Shown in pieces: positions 1-12,685 of a stretch of 64,000 nt of DNA. This DNA comes from a virus. Position numbers and translations under genes: made by a program. The stretch lies in the IMG/VR virus record IMGVR_UViG_3300043436_003510, positions 5,937 to 69,936 of that record; one strand, given 5' to 3'. The notes under the pieces were generated by a model. That model was not told the DNA's origin and made no database searches. It was given only the letters and a program-made list of their open reading frames with translations. Position 1 is the stretch's first letter. Each line of letters begins with the position of its first letter.

Positions 1-736
1 TGATACAAACGACTCCGCCTCCGAGACCACCAGTACCTCCTGCACCACCAATACCTCCTGCCCCACCAAGACCAGCAGTAAAGCCAGTCACGGTTCCACT
101 TGCGCCAGTATTTCCTTTACCTGCAGGAGCGCCTACTGATTCACGATGTGGGTTAGGTGCTCCATTGCTTCCAGTTGCGGCACCAGGAGTCCCTGCGGTT
201 CCAGACTTTCCAGGCCATGTATCAAGAATCGTAAGATTCGCTGGTGTTCCACTTGCGCCGTTAGCACCTGTAGTTCCTACTGTTCCTCCAGAGCCTCCAC
301 CGATAGGAATCATCCCCGATGTGTGCATGAACACTCCACCAGACATTGCGTTTATGTCTTTAACAAGAAAACTTGGCAAAACTGGAATGTTCGGATTCGT
401 AGAGCCACCACCCTGACCGCCAGCACGATATGAAATAGCGGACTGACCTTTGACTGTTCCATCACTGACAGCAGATGCTGTTTCACCAATAACACCACCA
501 GAAACAGAACCCATACCAACATGACCGTTGATGGTCAGTGTATTTTTAACGAAAATCCTGTATCCGTTTGTAAAAAGTATTCCACCGCTTTGAACATCAA
601 GGTTGTTGTAATGCATGTCTGAAGTAATAGTGACAGTAGTACCAGAAGGGATTACAACATTTCCATCTAAACCAGTTCCATAGATAGCATCATTGCCTTC
701 GCGCGCGACGCTTTTTTCAATTCTAGAAATAGCCAT
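1..736 (-). CDS. Glycine-rich virion/fibre protein, truncated by the window edge; paralog of 738..1502
   Basis: Hand-translated from ATG 736 (MAISRIEKSVAREGNDAIYGTGLDGNV...DMHYNNL...NGYRIFVKNTL), open to position 1; same motifs as 738..1502; absent from ORF track. Confidence 0.8.
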   Translation of the reverse strand, partial: MAISRIEKSVAREGNDAIYGTGLDGNVVIPSGTTVTITSDMHYNNLDVQSGGILFTNGYRIFVKNTLTINGHVGMGSVSGGVIGETASAVSDGTVKGQSAISYRAGGQGGGSTNPNIPVLPSFLVKDINAMSGGVFMHTSGMIPIGGGSGGTVGTTGANGASGTPANLTILDTWPGKSGTAGTPGAATGSNGAPNPHRESVGAPAGKGNTGASGTVTGFTAGLGGAGGIGGAGGTGGLGGGVVCI

Positions 737-737
737 A

Positions 738-1502
738 TCACACCTGCGACATATAGTGAACGGTGCCTGCGTTTTGACCAGTCACATCAGTAGTGATTCC
801 AGAAGCCAATGTTTCAGCAGAAGAAACAATAAGTATTACTCCTCCTCCTGCGGGCGCAGTTCCTGGGGCTTTGATGTAAGCAGTACCTGACGCAGGACCG
901 CTGATGTAACGAGCGGCAATAATTATTACTCCACCACCTGCTTGTGCAGTTCCTCCAGCGCCTCCACGAAGAAAAGTCGGTCCACCAGATGCTGTAATTG
1001 CGTAACCAGTTATTGCTTGATGAGGCACTTTAAAATAATTAGCGCCACCCATATTTGAGTGAGGCGCTGTTGCTGTGAATCCAGTTGCTGAACCGCCAAG
1101 TGAGTGAGTAACGGCGGTAGCGGCTGCTCCGCCTTGCATGATTGAGCCTTCGGTTGAGTATCCAGTCGTAAAACCAATTATGGAGTTGTTTCCCATGAAC
1201 TTCAGTGTGCCTTTTACGAAGATTCTGTATCCGTTTGGCGCAAGACGGACGCTCGCATTGATGGTCAAATCATTAAAGTACATATCTCGTGTCATTGAGT
1301 AAACACTTGAAGACGGAGCCATGCTTAAAACAGTAGTGGTTCCGTCTAGTACAGCATCACCGTCAGCACCTGTTCCGTAGATGGAGTCAACGCTTTCGTT
1401 GAAGTAGGCGTTCCAGACTGTTCCATCCCATTGCCAACTCTTAGGACCAACAGTATAAATCTGATTTACATACGGAGAAGCAGGAAAAGTAATCGCTGTC
1501 AT
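738..1502 (-). CDS. Glycine-rich virion structural protein
   Basis: FPASP...YTVGPKSWQWDGTVW N-terminal module, YGTGADGD, GGAGG/GGGVIII glycine-rich body; in fibre cluster. Confidence 0.7.
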   Translation of the reverse strand: MTAITFPASPYVNQIYTVGPKSWQWDGTVWNAYFNESVDSIYGTGADGDAVLDGTTTVLSMAPSSSVYSMTRDMYFNDLTINASVRLAPNGYRIFVKGTLKFMGNNSIIGFTTGYSTEGSIMQGGAAATAVTHSLGGSATGFTATAPHSNMGGANYFKVPHQAITGYAITASGGPTFLRGGAGGTAQAGGGVIIIAARYISGPASGTAYIKAPGTAPAGGGVILIVSSAETLASGITTDVTGQNAGTVHYMSQV

Positions 1503-1505
1503 CGT

Positions 1506-4290
<2,785 letters not shown>

Positions 4291-4333
4291 GACCTCAGTC
4301 GCTTCTCTTGTTAATGCCCCTCAGGGCTAAGCA

Positions 4334-4522
4334 TTAAGCCTTTTTGCCGAATGCTGTATCGTTTGGATTCAGGTAACGCATAATAACAGGAAGCGCTGCC
4401 GCCCAGAGAGCATTTGCTGCCATCTTGATGTCTCCTGTTGAAGCGTAAACCGCGACTGCTGCACCAAGGACGCTTCTTGCGTACGATGCTGCCATTGCTT
4501 TTTGTTCTGCTGTGATTTTCAT
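4334..4522 (-). CDS. Putative holin
   Basis: 62 aa, two hydrophobic segments, ASYARS...AAALPVIMRYLNPND.AFG pattern typical of small actinophage holin-like proteins. Confidence 0.6.
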   Translation of the reverse strand: MKITAEQKAMAASYARSVLGAAVAVYASTGDIKMAANALWAAALPVIMRYLNPNDTAFGKKA

Positions 4523-4530
4523 GTTTTTTC

Positions 4531-5808
4531 CTATCCAGTTACGACGATGTGGAAATCGTCGGCACCGATTGTTGAACCGTTAATTGTTACTACGACTGCG
4601 TCCACGCTTGAACGAACAACATCACAGTTGACCGTTTCTCCAGTAGATACTTGATAAACCTGAACGAGAACATTCTTTGTATTGAAGTTGTGCGTAACTG
4701 TTGTGGTTGAAGTGGTACCAGAAGAAGCGGCACATGCTTGGTCAGCAACACGAGCAAGCACTGAAGTACTTGTTGTTACGGCACCAGCGGTTGTCTTGAT
4801 ACCGAGGGCTGCACGAGCATCGGCGGCTGTTGAGGAACCAGTACCACCATCAGCGACTGCAACATCTGTACCGTTCCAAACACCAGTTGTGATTGTTCCC
4901 AAAGTAGTGATTGAAGACTGACCAACATAAGTAGAAGCAATATCAATACTGTCTGCATTGACCGTGATTCTGTCGGTTGTACCAACTGCGTCAATCGTAT
5001 TTCCGTCTTTTGTAAGACCAGCACCAGCAGTAATTTGACCTGCACCAGAGAACTGAACGAAGGTTAGCCCTGTTGTTCCGAGAGTAATCGCGTCGTTTGT
5101 TGTGAGAACCCAACCAGAGTCGGCGTTTACTGTACCTTCAGAAACGAAGGTAAACATTCCTGTTGTAACCTCTGCCGAAGAGTCGGCATCTTCGGCTCGT
5201 GCCCATGAACCGCTCGCAACAACATAAATACCGTTGTTGGCCGCAGTGTCTTGGTTCTTGACCAGAACGCGGTCACCAACGGCAAGTTCTACACCATCAA
5301 TTGTGAGGGCAGTTGCTGGGTTAATGTTTGCAGTTGTGGCGGCTCTTACGGATTGCTTGACATCAAGACCAGAACGGGCTGCGTCTACATAAGCCTTGGT
5401 TGCGGCATGGGCGTCAGCGGTTGGGGTGGCAACACTAATATTGCCGTTTCCGTCGCGCTTGGCTATCTTGCCGTAGTTGGCAGCATCGGTAGCGTCGTTG
5501 ATGGCATTCCAGAAGTCGGAAGACAAGAGACCTGCGTTTGAGGTGTCCGCAAGGTTGAGAGTGATGGTAACAGTGCCGTTTGATTCATCAAGGGTAATGG
5601 CGTTAGTATGAGAGCCACCCTTTGCAATGTTGTTGACAACCTTGCGCCATGCGCCATTGCCATAGACCACGATTGAATCTGTGGTGCTGTTGAAGACCAT
5701 CCGACCTTCAAAGTTGCCTTCAGTAGGGTTGGTTGGAACAACCTGAAAGGTTGCATTAATCAGTTCATTCTGATTGAGGTCAATATTTGTAAGAAATTTT
5801 TGCGCCAT
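4531..5808 (-). CDS. Virion structural/fibre protein
   Basis: AATKAYVD, LDVKQSVRAATTANI, GDRVLVKNQ...NGIYV fibre module, C-terminal VTHNFNT...VQVY domain. Confidence 0.75.
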   Translation of the reverse strand: MAQKFLTNIDLNQNELINATFQVVPTNPTEGNFEGRMVFNSTTDSIVVYGNGAWRKVVNNIAKGGSHTNAITLDESNGTVTITLNLADTSNAGLLSSDFWNAINDATDAANYGKIAKRDGNGNISVATPTADAHAATKAYVDAARSGLDVKQSVRAATTANINPATALTIDGVELAVGDRVLVKNQDTAANNGIYVVASGSWARAEDADSSAEVTTGMFTFVSEGTVNADSGWVLTTNDAITLGTTGLTFVQFSGAGQITAGAGLTKDGNTIDAVGTTDRITVNADSIDIASTYVGQSSITTLGTITTGVWNGTDVAVADGGTGSSTAADARAALGIKTTAGAVTTSTSVLARVADQACAASSGTTSTTTVTHNFNTKNVLVQVYQVSTGETVNCDVVRSSVDAVVVTINGSTIGADDFHIVVTG

Positions 5809-5819
5809 TTAATTCTCTC

Positions 5820-6170
5820 CTAAGTGAGATATGCCAATCCTGAAAACGGAACAGTGAATAAAACTGAGACCTGAGTGGTACTGTCATATTTTACCTCACC
5901 AACGACTGCTGTACCTGCAGAATCAACAACAGTTACCGACGGGTGACCTCCAAGGGGGTGTGTGATAACCCAAGTAGAGGAAGAAACAGACTGAGTATGA
6001 ATGTATCTTTCGTTGTTTGTTAACTCGTTGACATTTAACTGAGTGAGAGCGGTGAAGAATGGTTCATCAGGCCAGCCGTCAGTTGTTTTCGGACCGTAGA
6101 AATCGCCTGTTGCAACATCAATATAGAAGTCACCAATATTTCCGTAGTCGCTTGGAATAAATGTAGGCAC
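5820..6170 (-). CDS. Small virion protein
   Basis: GDFYID...FYGPK and YIHTQ...W.ITHPLG..PSVTVVD motifs seen in phage structural proteins. Confidence 0.6.
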   Translation of the reverse strand: MPTFIPSDYGNIGDFYIDVATGDFYGPKTTDGWPDEPFFTALTQLNVNELTNNERYIHTQSVSSSTWVITHPLGGHPSVTVVDSAGTAVVGEVKYDSTTQVSVLFTVPFSGLAYLT

Positions 6171-6172
6171 CT

Positions 6173-6358
6173 TTAAACCTCAATCACGATTGTCCACGGA
6201 GCACCACTGCCGTATGACCATCCAGCACCACTTCCAGCGCTGGTTAAAGATACGGTGACATTGTTTGGTGATTCTTCGTCAACATATACAACATTTCTTA
6301 GTTCTTCTACGGTGACCTTGGGGTAGAACCCGTTGAACTCTTCACGGGGGCTGCTCAT
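6173..6358 (-). CDS. Hypothetical protein (structural cluster)
   Basis: ATGA overlap with upstream gene; W.YGSGAP motif. Confidence 0.55.
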   Translation of the reverse strand: MSSPREEFNGFYPKVTVEELRNVVYVDEESPNNVTVSLTSAGSGAGWSYGSGAPWTIVIEV

Positions 6359-6711
6359 TTTGTCACTTCCTTGTCAAGTTTAAAAGCGCCTTTCACAACA
6401 CGATAAACATTGTTAGATGAAGTATGGACAAGTTCTAAGTCGTAGACACCACTACGGGTTAGCGACGCTGTTTGTGTTGGTGTCAGGTAAACATCAATTA
6501 TTCCAAGGGCATTAGAAAGAATAATGTTTTCTGTTGCACTTGTAATAGATAGTAAAACTGTTGACGAATCAATATCTCTTCTTACCTGCATGCGGGCAGA
6601 ATATCCATTTAAATAAAACGGCGTTCCGTCTGGCTGCGTAATAGTGAAACGACGATTGAATGTAGCGCCTTGCTCGCATGTGATGTTGTAAATTCCAGCA
6701 ATCATTGCCAC
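6355..6711 (-). CDS. Putative fibre adaptor/Ig-like virion protein
   Basis: I.QGATF...YSARMQVR...GVYDLEL...V.G.F pattern. Confidence 0.65.
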   Translation of the reverse strand: MAMIAGIYNITCEQGATFNRRFTITQPDGTPFYLNGYSARMQVRRDIDSSTVLLSITSATENIILSNALGIIDVYLTPTQTASLTRSGVYDLELVHTSSNNVYRVVKGAFKLDKEVTK

Positions 6712-6757
6712 TCCTCGTATTACTTAGATTTTAGACTACGAAAGCATCCCCACGGTG

Positions 6758-7000
6758 CTACTGGTCATCCTCGTCGTCACTAATTGTTGAATCAATACCG
6801 TCAGAAATCATGTCTTTGGCTGCCGACAACATTCCGTTAGCAAGCCATGGGGTCATACTGTTGCTGGTAACAACGCTCAACTCGTTGTTTTGTCCAGAAA
6901 CTACTTCTGCTACAAAAACAAAATTCGCAATCACCTTATCAGGCATTGCATCTTTCATCATGTCAAGGAATGTTGAAAGAAAAGGGTCTTCGTTATCCAT
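6758..7000 (-). CDS. Hypothetical acidic protein
   Basis: ORF coupled to upstream gene; MTPWLANGML motif. Confidence 0.6.
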   Translation of the reverse strand: MDNEDPFLSTFLDMMKDAMPDKVIANFVFVAEVVSGQNNELSVVTSNSMTPWLANGMLSAAKDMISDGIDSTISDDEDDQ

Positions 7001-7310
7001 CTTTCCTTCTCTCCAACTGGACTAGGCGATGCTTCAACTCTTCAACTTCATCAATCAAAGTGTTGTTTCGCTCTTCACAAGCGGCCTGTTCCTCTTGGAG
7101 AATGGCAATAGTAGTCATTAATCGCTCTACTTCTATGCGAAGTTCTTCAACGATTTGTCCGTACCCATCAAAAATTGTTTGAACCTGAGCGTTTGTGTGC
7201 GCCTTTGATTCGTTGTGTGACTGTTGGCGTTGTCCACGAATCATCACCAATGCAGAAATGATTGCTACCGCAACCGAAGACAAAGCAACATACAGTGATG
7301 GATTGTTCAT
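6993..7310 (-). CDS. Membrane-anchored coiled-coil protein (possible lysis accessory)
   Basis: N-terminal TM helix then heptad repeats; start moved to ATG 7310 because the upstream gene ends at 7313. Confidence 0.65.
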   Translation of the reverse strand: MNNPSLYVALSSVAVAIISALVMIRGQRQQSHNESKAHTNAQVQTIFDGYGQIVEELRIEVERLMTTIAILQEEQAACEERNNTLIDEVEELKHRLVQLERRKDG

Positions 7311-7312
7311 TG

Positions 7313-7474
7313 CTAGACCCCAATTAGTTCCTTGTCGCCAACAGAGACAATCCGCCACTCACCATGAGCAAAACAACGGATACTATTCATTGTAACAAAC
7401 CCAATACCTTCGTGGAAGATATAAGCCTGTTTAATATTCACCCAGTCGTCGCCGTCAAAATAAAAAGCACTCAT
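7313..7474 (-). CDS. Small 53-aa tail-associated protein (not in ORF track)
   Basis: MSAFYFDGDDWVNIKQAYIFHEGIGFVTMNSIRCFAHGEWRIVSVGDKELIGV; ATGA overlap with the stop at 7471; fills the gap. Confidence 0.65.
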   Translation of the reverse strand: MSAFYFDGDDWVNIKQAYIFHEGIGFVTMNSIRCFAHGEWRIVSVGDKELIGV

Positions 7475-8643
7475 ATTTGGAACCAAATATCTCCAGTAAC
7501 ACCAACATATCCCGTAGCAGCAGATGGGTCGTTGGACTGCACATAAATGCGAGGAGTTGTTCTCGTCCCAGAAGGTGGCAGGCTAGCCCCAGATGTGTCT
7601 GTTCCGCCAGAAGTGATGTTGCCATACTGATACAACTTGGCTCCATTGACATCTGACTTTGTGTAAACATCTGCAGCGTTTGCCTTTAGACCATCCGCAG
7701 TATCAACATAAGATTTGGTTGCGGGGTGGTCGTTGACCGTGGGTGCCCCAATCAGAAACTGACCGTCAGCATTACGAGCAACAACAGTGTTGGCGGTGTT
7801 TGCCGCTGTTGCATTGCTTGTAATAAGAGGATTTCCCGCGATTCCGTCAGCGTTTGATACAGCCAACCCAGTTCCAGACACAGCGATGCTTCTAGACGCA
7901 AATGTATTCAATGCTGTTCTAGCCATCAATCCAGTATCAGAGAAATCACGCAAAGACGCAATGTTTCCAGTGGGCAAAGAAATAGTAATAGCAATATTCC
8001 CAGTGCCGTCAATCCCAGAAACTGTTCCAGAAGCATCGCCAGAAATAGTTAATGAGCGTGATGTTTGCCAGGCTGTCGCTGTTGAAGCATTTCCTGCTAG
8101 TGCTGCTGTGACTGTTCCAGCACTAAAGTTTCCGCTTGAATCACGAAGAACAATAGTTGACACAGTGTTTGCAGAAACAGCATTAATTGAAATTGTTGTG
8201 TTCCCAGCAATTCCATCGCCGTTTGAAATCGTTACACCGTTTCCAGAAACAGCAATATGTCGTGTTGCGTATGTGTCGCTTGCTGTACGCACAAGAATGC
8301 CAGTAGTTGACAGGGCTGCAAGTGCGGTCAAGTCAGCGTCTAAAGGCTGAAGGTTTGCGTGAACATGCGCCGTTGGAACGACTGGGTGCACTTGTGTCCA
8401 CGATGCTGGAGAAGAACCGAAGTCATCCCCTCTGAAAAAGAGAACTCCATTTGTTTTGTCCCAATATAGAGCCTTTGTATTTTCCAATCCGACTGTTGGT
8501 GGGGTTGCAGATGTTCCTGTAAGAAAAAGTGCTGCGTTGTCCCCAATGATTTCATGGTCGGTTGTTAACTGCTCGCGAGTAAAGTCATCGTCTCCCGAAG
8601 ACCACTGTGTTAATCCGAATCTTGTTGTGTTTGTAATAGCCAT
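7471..8643 (-). CDS. Tail fibre/baseplate-proximal structural protein
   Basis: QPLDADLTALA, duplicated I.VSG.G...SN.DG.AGN repeat, ATKSYVD, C-terminal GDIWFQI. Confidence 0.75.
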   Translation of the reverse strand: MAITNTTRFGLTQWSSGDDDFTREQLTTDHEIIGDNAALFLTGTSATPPTVGLENTKALYWDKTNGVLFFRGDDFGSSPASWTQVHPVVPTAHVHANLQPLDADLTALAALSTTGILVRTASDTYATRHIAVSGNGVTISNGDGIAGNTTISINAVSANTVSTIVLRDSSGNFSAGTVTAALAGNASTATAWQTSRSLTISGDASGTVSGIDGTGNIAITISLPTGNIASLRDFSDTGLMARTALNTFASRSIAVSGTGLAVSNADGIAGNPLITSNATAANTANTVVARNADGQFLIGAPTVNDHPATKSYVDTADGLKANAADVYTKSDVNGAKLYQYGNITSGGTDTSGASLPPSGTRTTPRIYVQSNDPSAATGYVGVTGDIWFQI

Positions 8644-8684
8644 GTGAACCTCTTGTTTGTGAATAAATTATAACAATAAAACTT

Positions 8685-9923
8685 TTAAGCAAGTTCGTGG
8701 ATTACACGAAGACCAATAGGCCGTGCGGGCTCAATAAGGTCCAGTATTTCCAAAACTTCATCACCGATATCAAGAAGCGCCGAGTCTGGAGTTTCAGATT
8801 TTAAGGTGGTGATTTTTACCGTCCAGTTGAAAGGCTCTAAAACTTCATAATTGACTGTTTTTGTTCCTAAAAGCACCCTCTTTACAGAGTCAATAATTGC
8901 TTCTTTTGTTCCAGCCCTAACCCCATAGAAACCAGTAGAAACTTGCCATCTTAAAAACTCTTCTAGACCTGCTGGCTCAGTGTTGAATTCCTGAATCGCC
9001 TTCCATGATGCGGCGTCTTCTGTTGATTCTTCTTCGTCAATAAGGTCAATGCCTTGCCATGTATCTGGCAAGTTTACCCACGGAGTAAAGCCAGTTTTAG
9101 GGTTGATAATTTTTGTCCCTGAAAACTGCGACAACCAAAATAGGTATTCTCTTGGTGCTACGGTTGGGTCAACGAGGGTGCTTAATGTTGATGGGTCAGC
9201 AGGATTTTTTCCTTCAGAAATGTCTTGATAAATAAAGCCATTTGCAAGATTATAAAGTTCGCCAGAATGAAGTGTCGCCATCTCCATAAAGCGAATAAAT
9301 TGATACGGAAATAGTTCCGTATTAGCGTCTTGGTCTCTGATAAATTCTGGAAACCGAGACATAATGTCAATAATCACTGGATTGTCAATAAAATCAAGGG
9401 TTCCGTAAATCACGGGGTGCGATATATTTACAACAGCGGATGCTCCACCTTCAATGTCTTCTACTTCTATTTTGAAGCCAAGAGGGTAGTCGTAGGCATC
9501 GTCTGGAACAACTGGCGGCTGATAAAGGCGAAGTAGTGTCCACTCTCCTGATGTAACAGAAATAGATTGATTTGATGATGCTGCAGAAGTAGTGGCTGGA
9601 ATTCCTTCTGGATAAAGAATATGCACAGAAAAATCAACAATTATGGGCTTGTCTGATTTTATCCAAACAAAAGCAGAAATTGAGTCATCAACATCTTCAA
9701 GCGAGGTAGATGTAATATAACTTACACCGTTTTTGGCAAGTTCATTAGTGTTGTAAAAAAGGCTTTGTCCTTCTTGTATCGTTGCCTGCAATGAGCCTTC
9801 TTTGTTGTATTTCTCAATAGTAGAAGACTGAAGAAAACCGTCACTAAAACCCCAAAGATTAGGCACATCGGGGATAAAAACCCTCTGCGTTGCAGGGATT
9901 CTGTTAATTGAATACCCAGCCAT
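8685..9923 (-). CDS. Baseplate wedge protein (P2 gpI-like C-terminus)
   Basis: LVDP..AP.EYL.WLSQF.G, GTKEAI, RPIGL motifs; follows baseplate J. Confidence 0.7.
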   Translation of the reverse strand: MAGYSINRIPATQRVFIPDVPNLWGFSDGFLQSSTIEKYNKEGSLQATIQEGQSLFYNTNELAKNGVSYITSTSLEDVDDSISAFVWIKSDKPIIVDFSVHILYPEGIPATTSAASSNQSISVTSGEWTLLRLYQPPVVPDDAYDYPLGFKIEVEDIEGGASAVVNISHPVIYGTLDFIDNPVIIDIMSRFPEFIRDQDANTELFPYQFIRFMEMATLHSGELYNLANGFIYQDISEGKNPADPSTLSTLVDPTVAPREYLFWLSQFSGTKIINPKTGFTPWVNLPDTWQGIDLIDEEESTEDAASWKAIQEFNTEPAGLEEFLRWQVSTGFYGVRAGTKEAIIDSVKRVLLGTKTVNYEVLEPFNWTVKITTLKSETPDSALLDIGDEVLEILDLIEPARPIGLRVIHELA

Positions 9924-9925
9924 AA

Positions 9926-11095
9926 TTAGGAACTCGTAACTTCAACAACCCCGTTAGGGACGCCATTTTTTTTCACAAAATCAAGGTTTCCATCTCCGTC
10001 CGTCACCAAATCAAGACTGACGGAAGAGAGAGTAAGTGTTCTTACATAGCGCACACCAGTGATATTTGCAACTGCAGAAATAAGTTCGTTTTTAATGATT
10101 GTGCCAGAAAAATCGTAACCAAGTGTTGAAAGGCGACTTGAAAGATATGCCGATACTGCGTTTCTTGTTTCGGTTGAGTCATAACCATCCGCGATAACAA
10201 TATCAACAGTTACTTCAACGCTTACTGGAACAGGATTTGTCGCACCAACAATAAGACCAGCGACGGTCCTTGAAGAAATATCGTCAATAAGTGAAGTTGC
10301 TTGGGCACCGACTAATTCTCCACCAGTAATGTCACTCAAAACAATGGTTACATATCCAGGCTCTGGAACTTCATCCCAATCCAAACTTCCAGAGGGGTCA
10401 GTAAGGTCAAAAACAGCAATAGCGCCGATAGAAGGGTAGTTAGACTTAATAAAGTTGACTAAATGGTTCTTCGTAGCAAGAGCAGACGACAAAGATGTGA
10501 AATGTCTTGCAGCACGAGTAAAAAAGTCTGCATCTGTTTCTGCGTTTGTTCCAATAGAAAGTGCAGACTCAAGTTGAATCTCAACAACGCCAGGCGCTGG
10601 AGAAACAAGTTCAAGTTCTTGCGTTGCCAACAAAGCAGGATAAACACCAGCCTCTGTACCCCGAATAGGTACAGTACCAGTCGTAAAGCCTTCAGCAATA
10701 ACTAAGTCGCCAACCGTCTCAAACGGGAAAGATGTAACAATGTCATCATCAACTGTCTCATATGCAACAACTGTTCCTGTGGGGATTGTTACCCCATTGT
10801 CGTCAAATACTTCAAACACTGCTTGACCAGTAGCGAATGTTGCTTCAAGTCTTTCTAGTCCAGAAAGACGAGCCATTCCCTCCATGAGGCCATCAGGGAG
10901 TCTGTTTATTTGAGAGGAAATAAGGGCTGTATTGAAAGAAATAGCCTGCATGATGGCTTCTTCAAGGGTTCCAGTTCGTGGTTGAAACTCTGGGACAGCG
11001 TTACGAGCGTACGCTATTGCATCGTCATATACCTGATATGCATCAACATCGTAAATAGTCAGGTCAATGTATTCGCTAAAATTCGGGGATGTCAT
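9926..11095 (-). CDS. Baseplate J-like protein
   Basis: IPTGTVV, G..AETDADF..R, I..NELIS....GV.YV motifs; synteny. Confidence 0.85.
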   Translation of the reverse strand: MTSPNFSEYIDLTIYDVDAYQVYDDAIAYARNAVPEFQPRTGTLEEAIMQAISFNTALISSQINRLPDGLMEGMARLSGLERLEATFATGQAVFEVFDDNGVTIPTGTVVAYETVDDDIVTSFPFETVGDLVIAEGFTTGTVPIRGTEAGVYPALLATQELELVSPAPGVVEIQLESALSIGTNAETDADFFTRAARHFTSLSSALATKNHLVNFIKSNYPSIGAIAVFDLTDPSGSLDWDEVPEPGYVTIVLSDITGGELVGAQATSLIDDISSRTVAGLIVGATNPVPVSVEVTVDIVIADGYDSTETRNAVSAYLSSRLSTLGYDFSGTIIKNELISAVANITGVRYVRTLTLSSVSLDLVTDGDGNLDFVKKNGVPNGVVEVTSS

Positions 11096-11394
11096 GCTTG
11101 TGTCTCAATGCTGTACTGAAGAACGACGCGCTCAATTCCGTCATCGTCCAAAATCGTTGATATTTGTTGTATTACCAATTCTGGCACATATTTTGCTGCA
11201 AGTTCCATAACGGTTCCACGATTGATTTTTTCAAATACGGGGTCGTTTGTTCCGAAATTTGCGTCTAAAGGCATTTCCCCTGTATTTGTTTGTAGAACCA
11301 TAGACAATATATGAAGGAAGTATTCGTCAGAGCCTTCAGCGTGCTTTGATGCCAGCCCGCCAGAAAATCTAAAAGGGACGGAAAATGTATCCAT
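11092..11394 (-). CDS. gp25/gpW-like baseplate wedge subunit
   Basis: LQT..GEMP....FG motif, about 100 aa, upstream of J. Confidence 0.75.
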   Translation of the reverse strand: MDTFSVPFRFSGGLASKHAEGSDEYFLHILSMVLQTNTGEMPLDANFGTNDPVFEKINRGTVMELAAKYVPELVIQQISTILDDDGIERVVLQYSIETQA

Positions 11395-11415
11395 ATTAAA
11401 TATTCTCCCACACGG

Positions 11416-11709
11416 CTACAAGAAGCCTAAGACAATTGCGCTATTGATTGAACCATCAAGAAAAGCAACAACCACCTTGTCTCCTTTTACGGGCAACTTC
11501 TGCGTTAAACCCGTTCGTACGCCATAATTTTTCATTACCTTACATGGACCTATGGCGCTACCAGAGTTGACCGTTGGAACCAAAACCATTACAGAGTTGG
11601 TTGATGCAATGTAACTTCTAACGCTTCCCACATGTATTGAAGGGAAACTGGTATTTTCTTCTTTTTCTCCAGAAATACCAGAGAAGGGGTCAAAAACTCC
11701 ATTCAGCAT
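11416..11709 (-). CDS. Baseplate spike/gpV-like OB-fold protein
   Basis: P.KGDKVVVAFLDG...AIVLG motif. Confidence 0.7.
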   Translation of the reverse strand: MLNGVFDPFSGISGEKEENTSFPSIHVGSVRSYIASTNSVMVLVPTVNSGSAIGPCKVMKNYGVRTGLTQKLPVKGDKVVVAFLDGSINSAIVLGFL

Positions 11710-11719
11710 AAAACCATCC

Positions 11720-12685
11720 TTACGAACCAGAACCAGAAATTACAGTTACTTCTGATATTTTCTTGTCAATCTTCGCCTTATCTTCTGGTGAAAGGCTAGC
11801 AATGTTAGCAAAATTGATTTCTGTCGGCTCTGCCGTGTACTCGTCAAAATCAACAGATGTTATTAAATAAGCCAAATCAAAAGCACGGCCCAGGCCGTAA
11901 ACCATAACAGTCATCCCTGCTCTCAAATTGCGAGCAGAGGGTCCGACCAAAGACGCAGAACCTTCTGCTTCCTTTTTTGAGTCAAGCGCCCTTCTCATGT
12001 TCGGCAACCCAACAAGAAAAAAATCTTTTGTTTCTTCAGGGGTCGGATAGACCAAAGGAACAAATAAAAAAGGCTCTTCTTTTGCTTTTGCTGTGGGCTT
12101 ATAGGAGATTTCCTTGGTACCCCATCTACCAATCAGATACTTCGGAGAAGCAAAAAACAAAGTTTTATCAGCAATAAAACACAAATACTGGTTATCTGAT
12201 GCCGACCTTTGTAAAACAGACCAAACAGATTCTTTATTATTTTTTGATTTAATCTTAATTGTTTCTTGCTTTCCTTTAACTTTTTCGCCAACAAACTTTA
12301 ATTGATATTTTTTAGCAATTTTTTCAGCAAAAGAAAAACCATTCGCTGCACGAAAGTTTTGAGGCTGAAAGTTGTTTTTCATCAAATGAAACTTTCTCTC
12401 CAAAAGTTCCATGTTAACTAAAGCGCCATTTCCTTCACCTTGTTGAATGCTGACAGCATTAACAATCCAGTCTTCTCCACCCCATTTATATTCTGTGCCG
12501 TTTCTAAAATATCCAGCCTTCAGCATTTTGCATTCGTCGTCGTATATATTGATAGAAATCTGAGCACCAGCATCCATGGTGTAATTTCTCCGAATATCCA
12601 ACACCGCTTCAGTTGCATCGCGAAATGTTCTGTCACTTGCATAAAGTAAAAATGGTTTTCTATCGGTTGGGTGCAAAGCAGACAT
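11720..12685 (-). CDS. Baseplate hub (gpD/gp27-like)
   Basis: ESVWSVLQR.A...Y.CF.....LFF motif; position. Confidence 0.7.
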   Translation of the reverse strand: MSALHPTDRKPFLLYASDRTFRDATEAVLDIRRNYTMDAGAQISINIYDDECKMLKAGYFRNGTEYKWGGEDWIVNAVSIQQGEGNGALVNMELLERKFHLMKNNFQPQNFRAANGFSFAEKIAKKYQLKFVGEKVKGKQETIKIKSKNNKESVWSVLQRSASDNQYLCFIADKTLFFASPKYLIGRWGTKEISYKPTAKAKEEPFLFVPLVYPTPEETKDFFLVGLPNMRRALDSKKEAEGSASLVGPSARNLRAGMTVMVYGLGRAFDLAYLITSVDFDEYTAEPTEINFANIASLSPEDKAKIDKKISEVTVISGSGS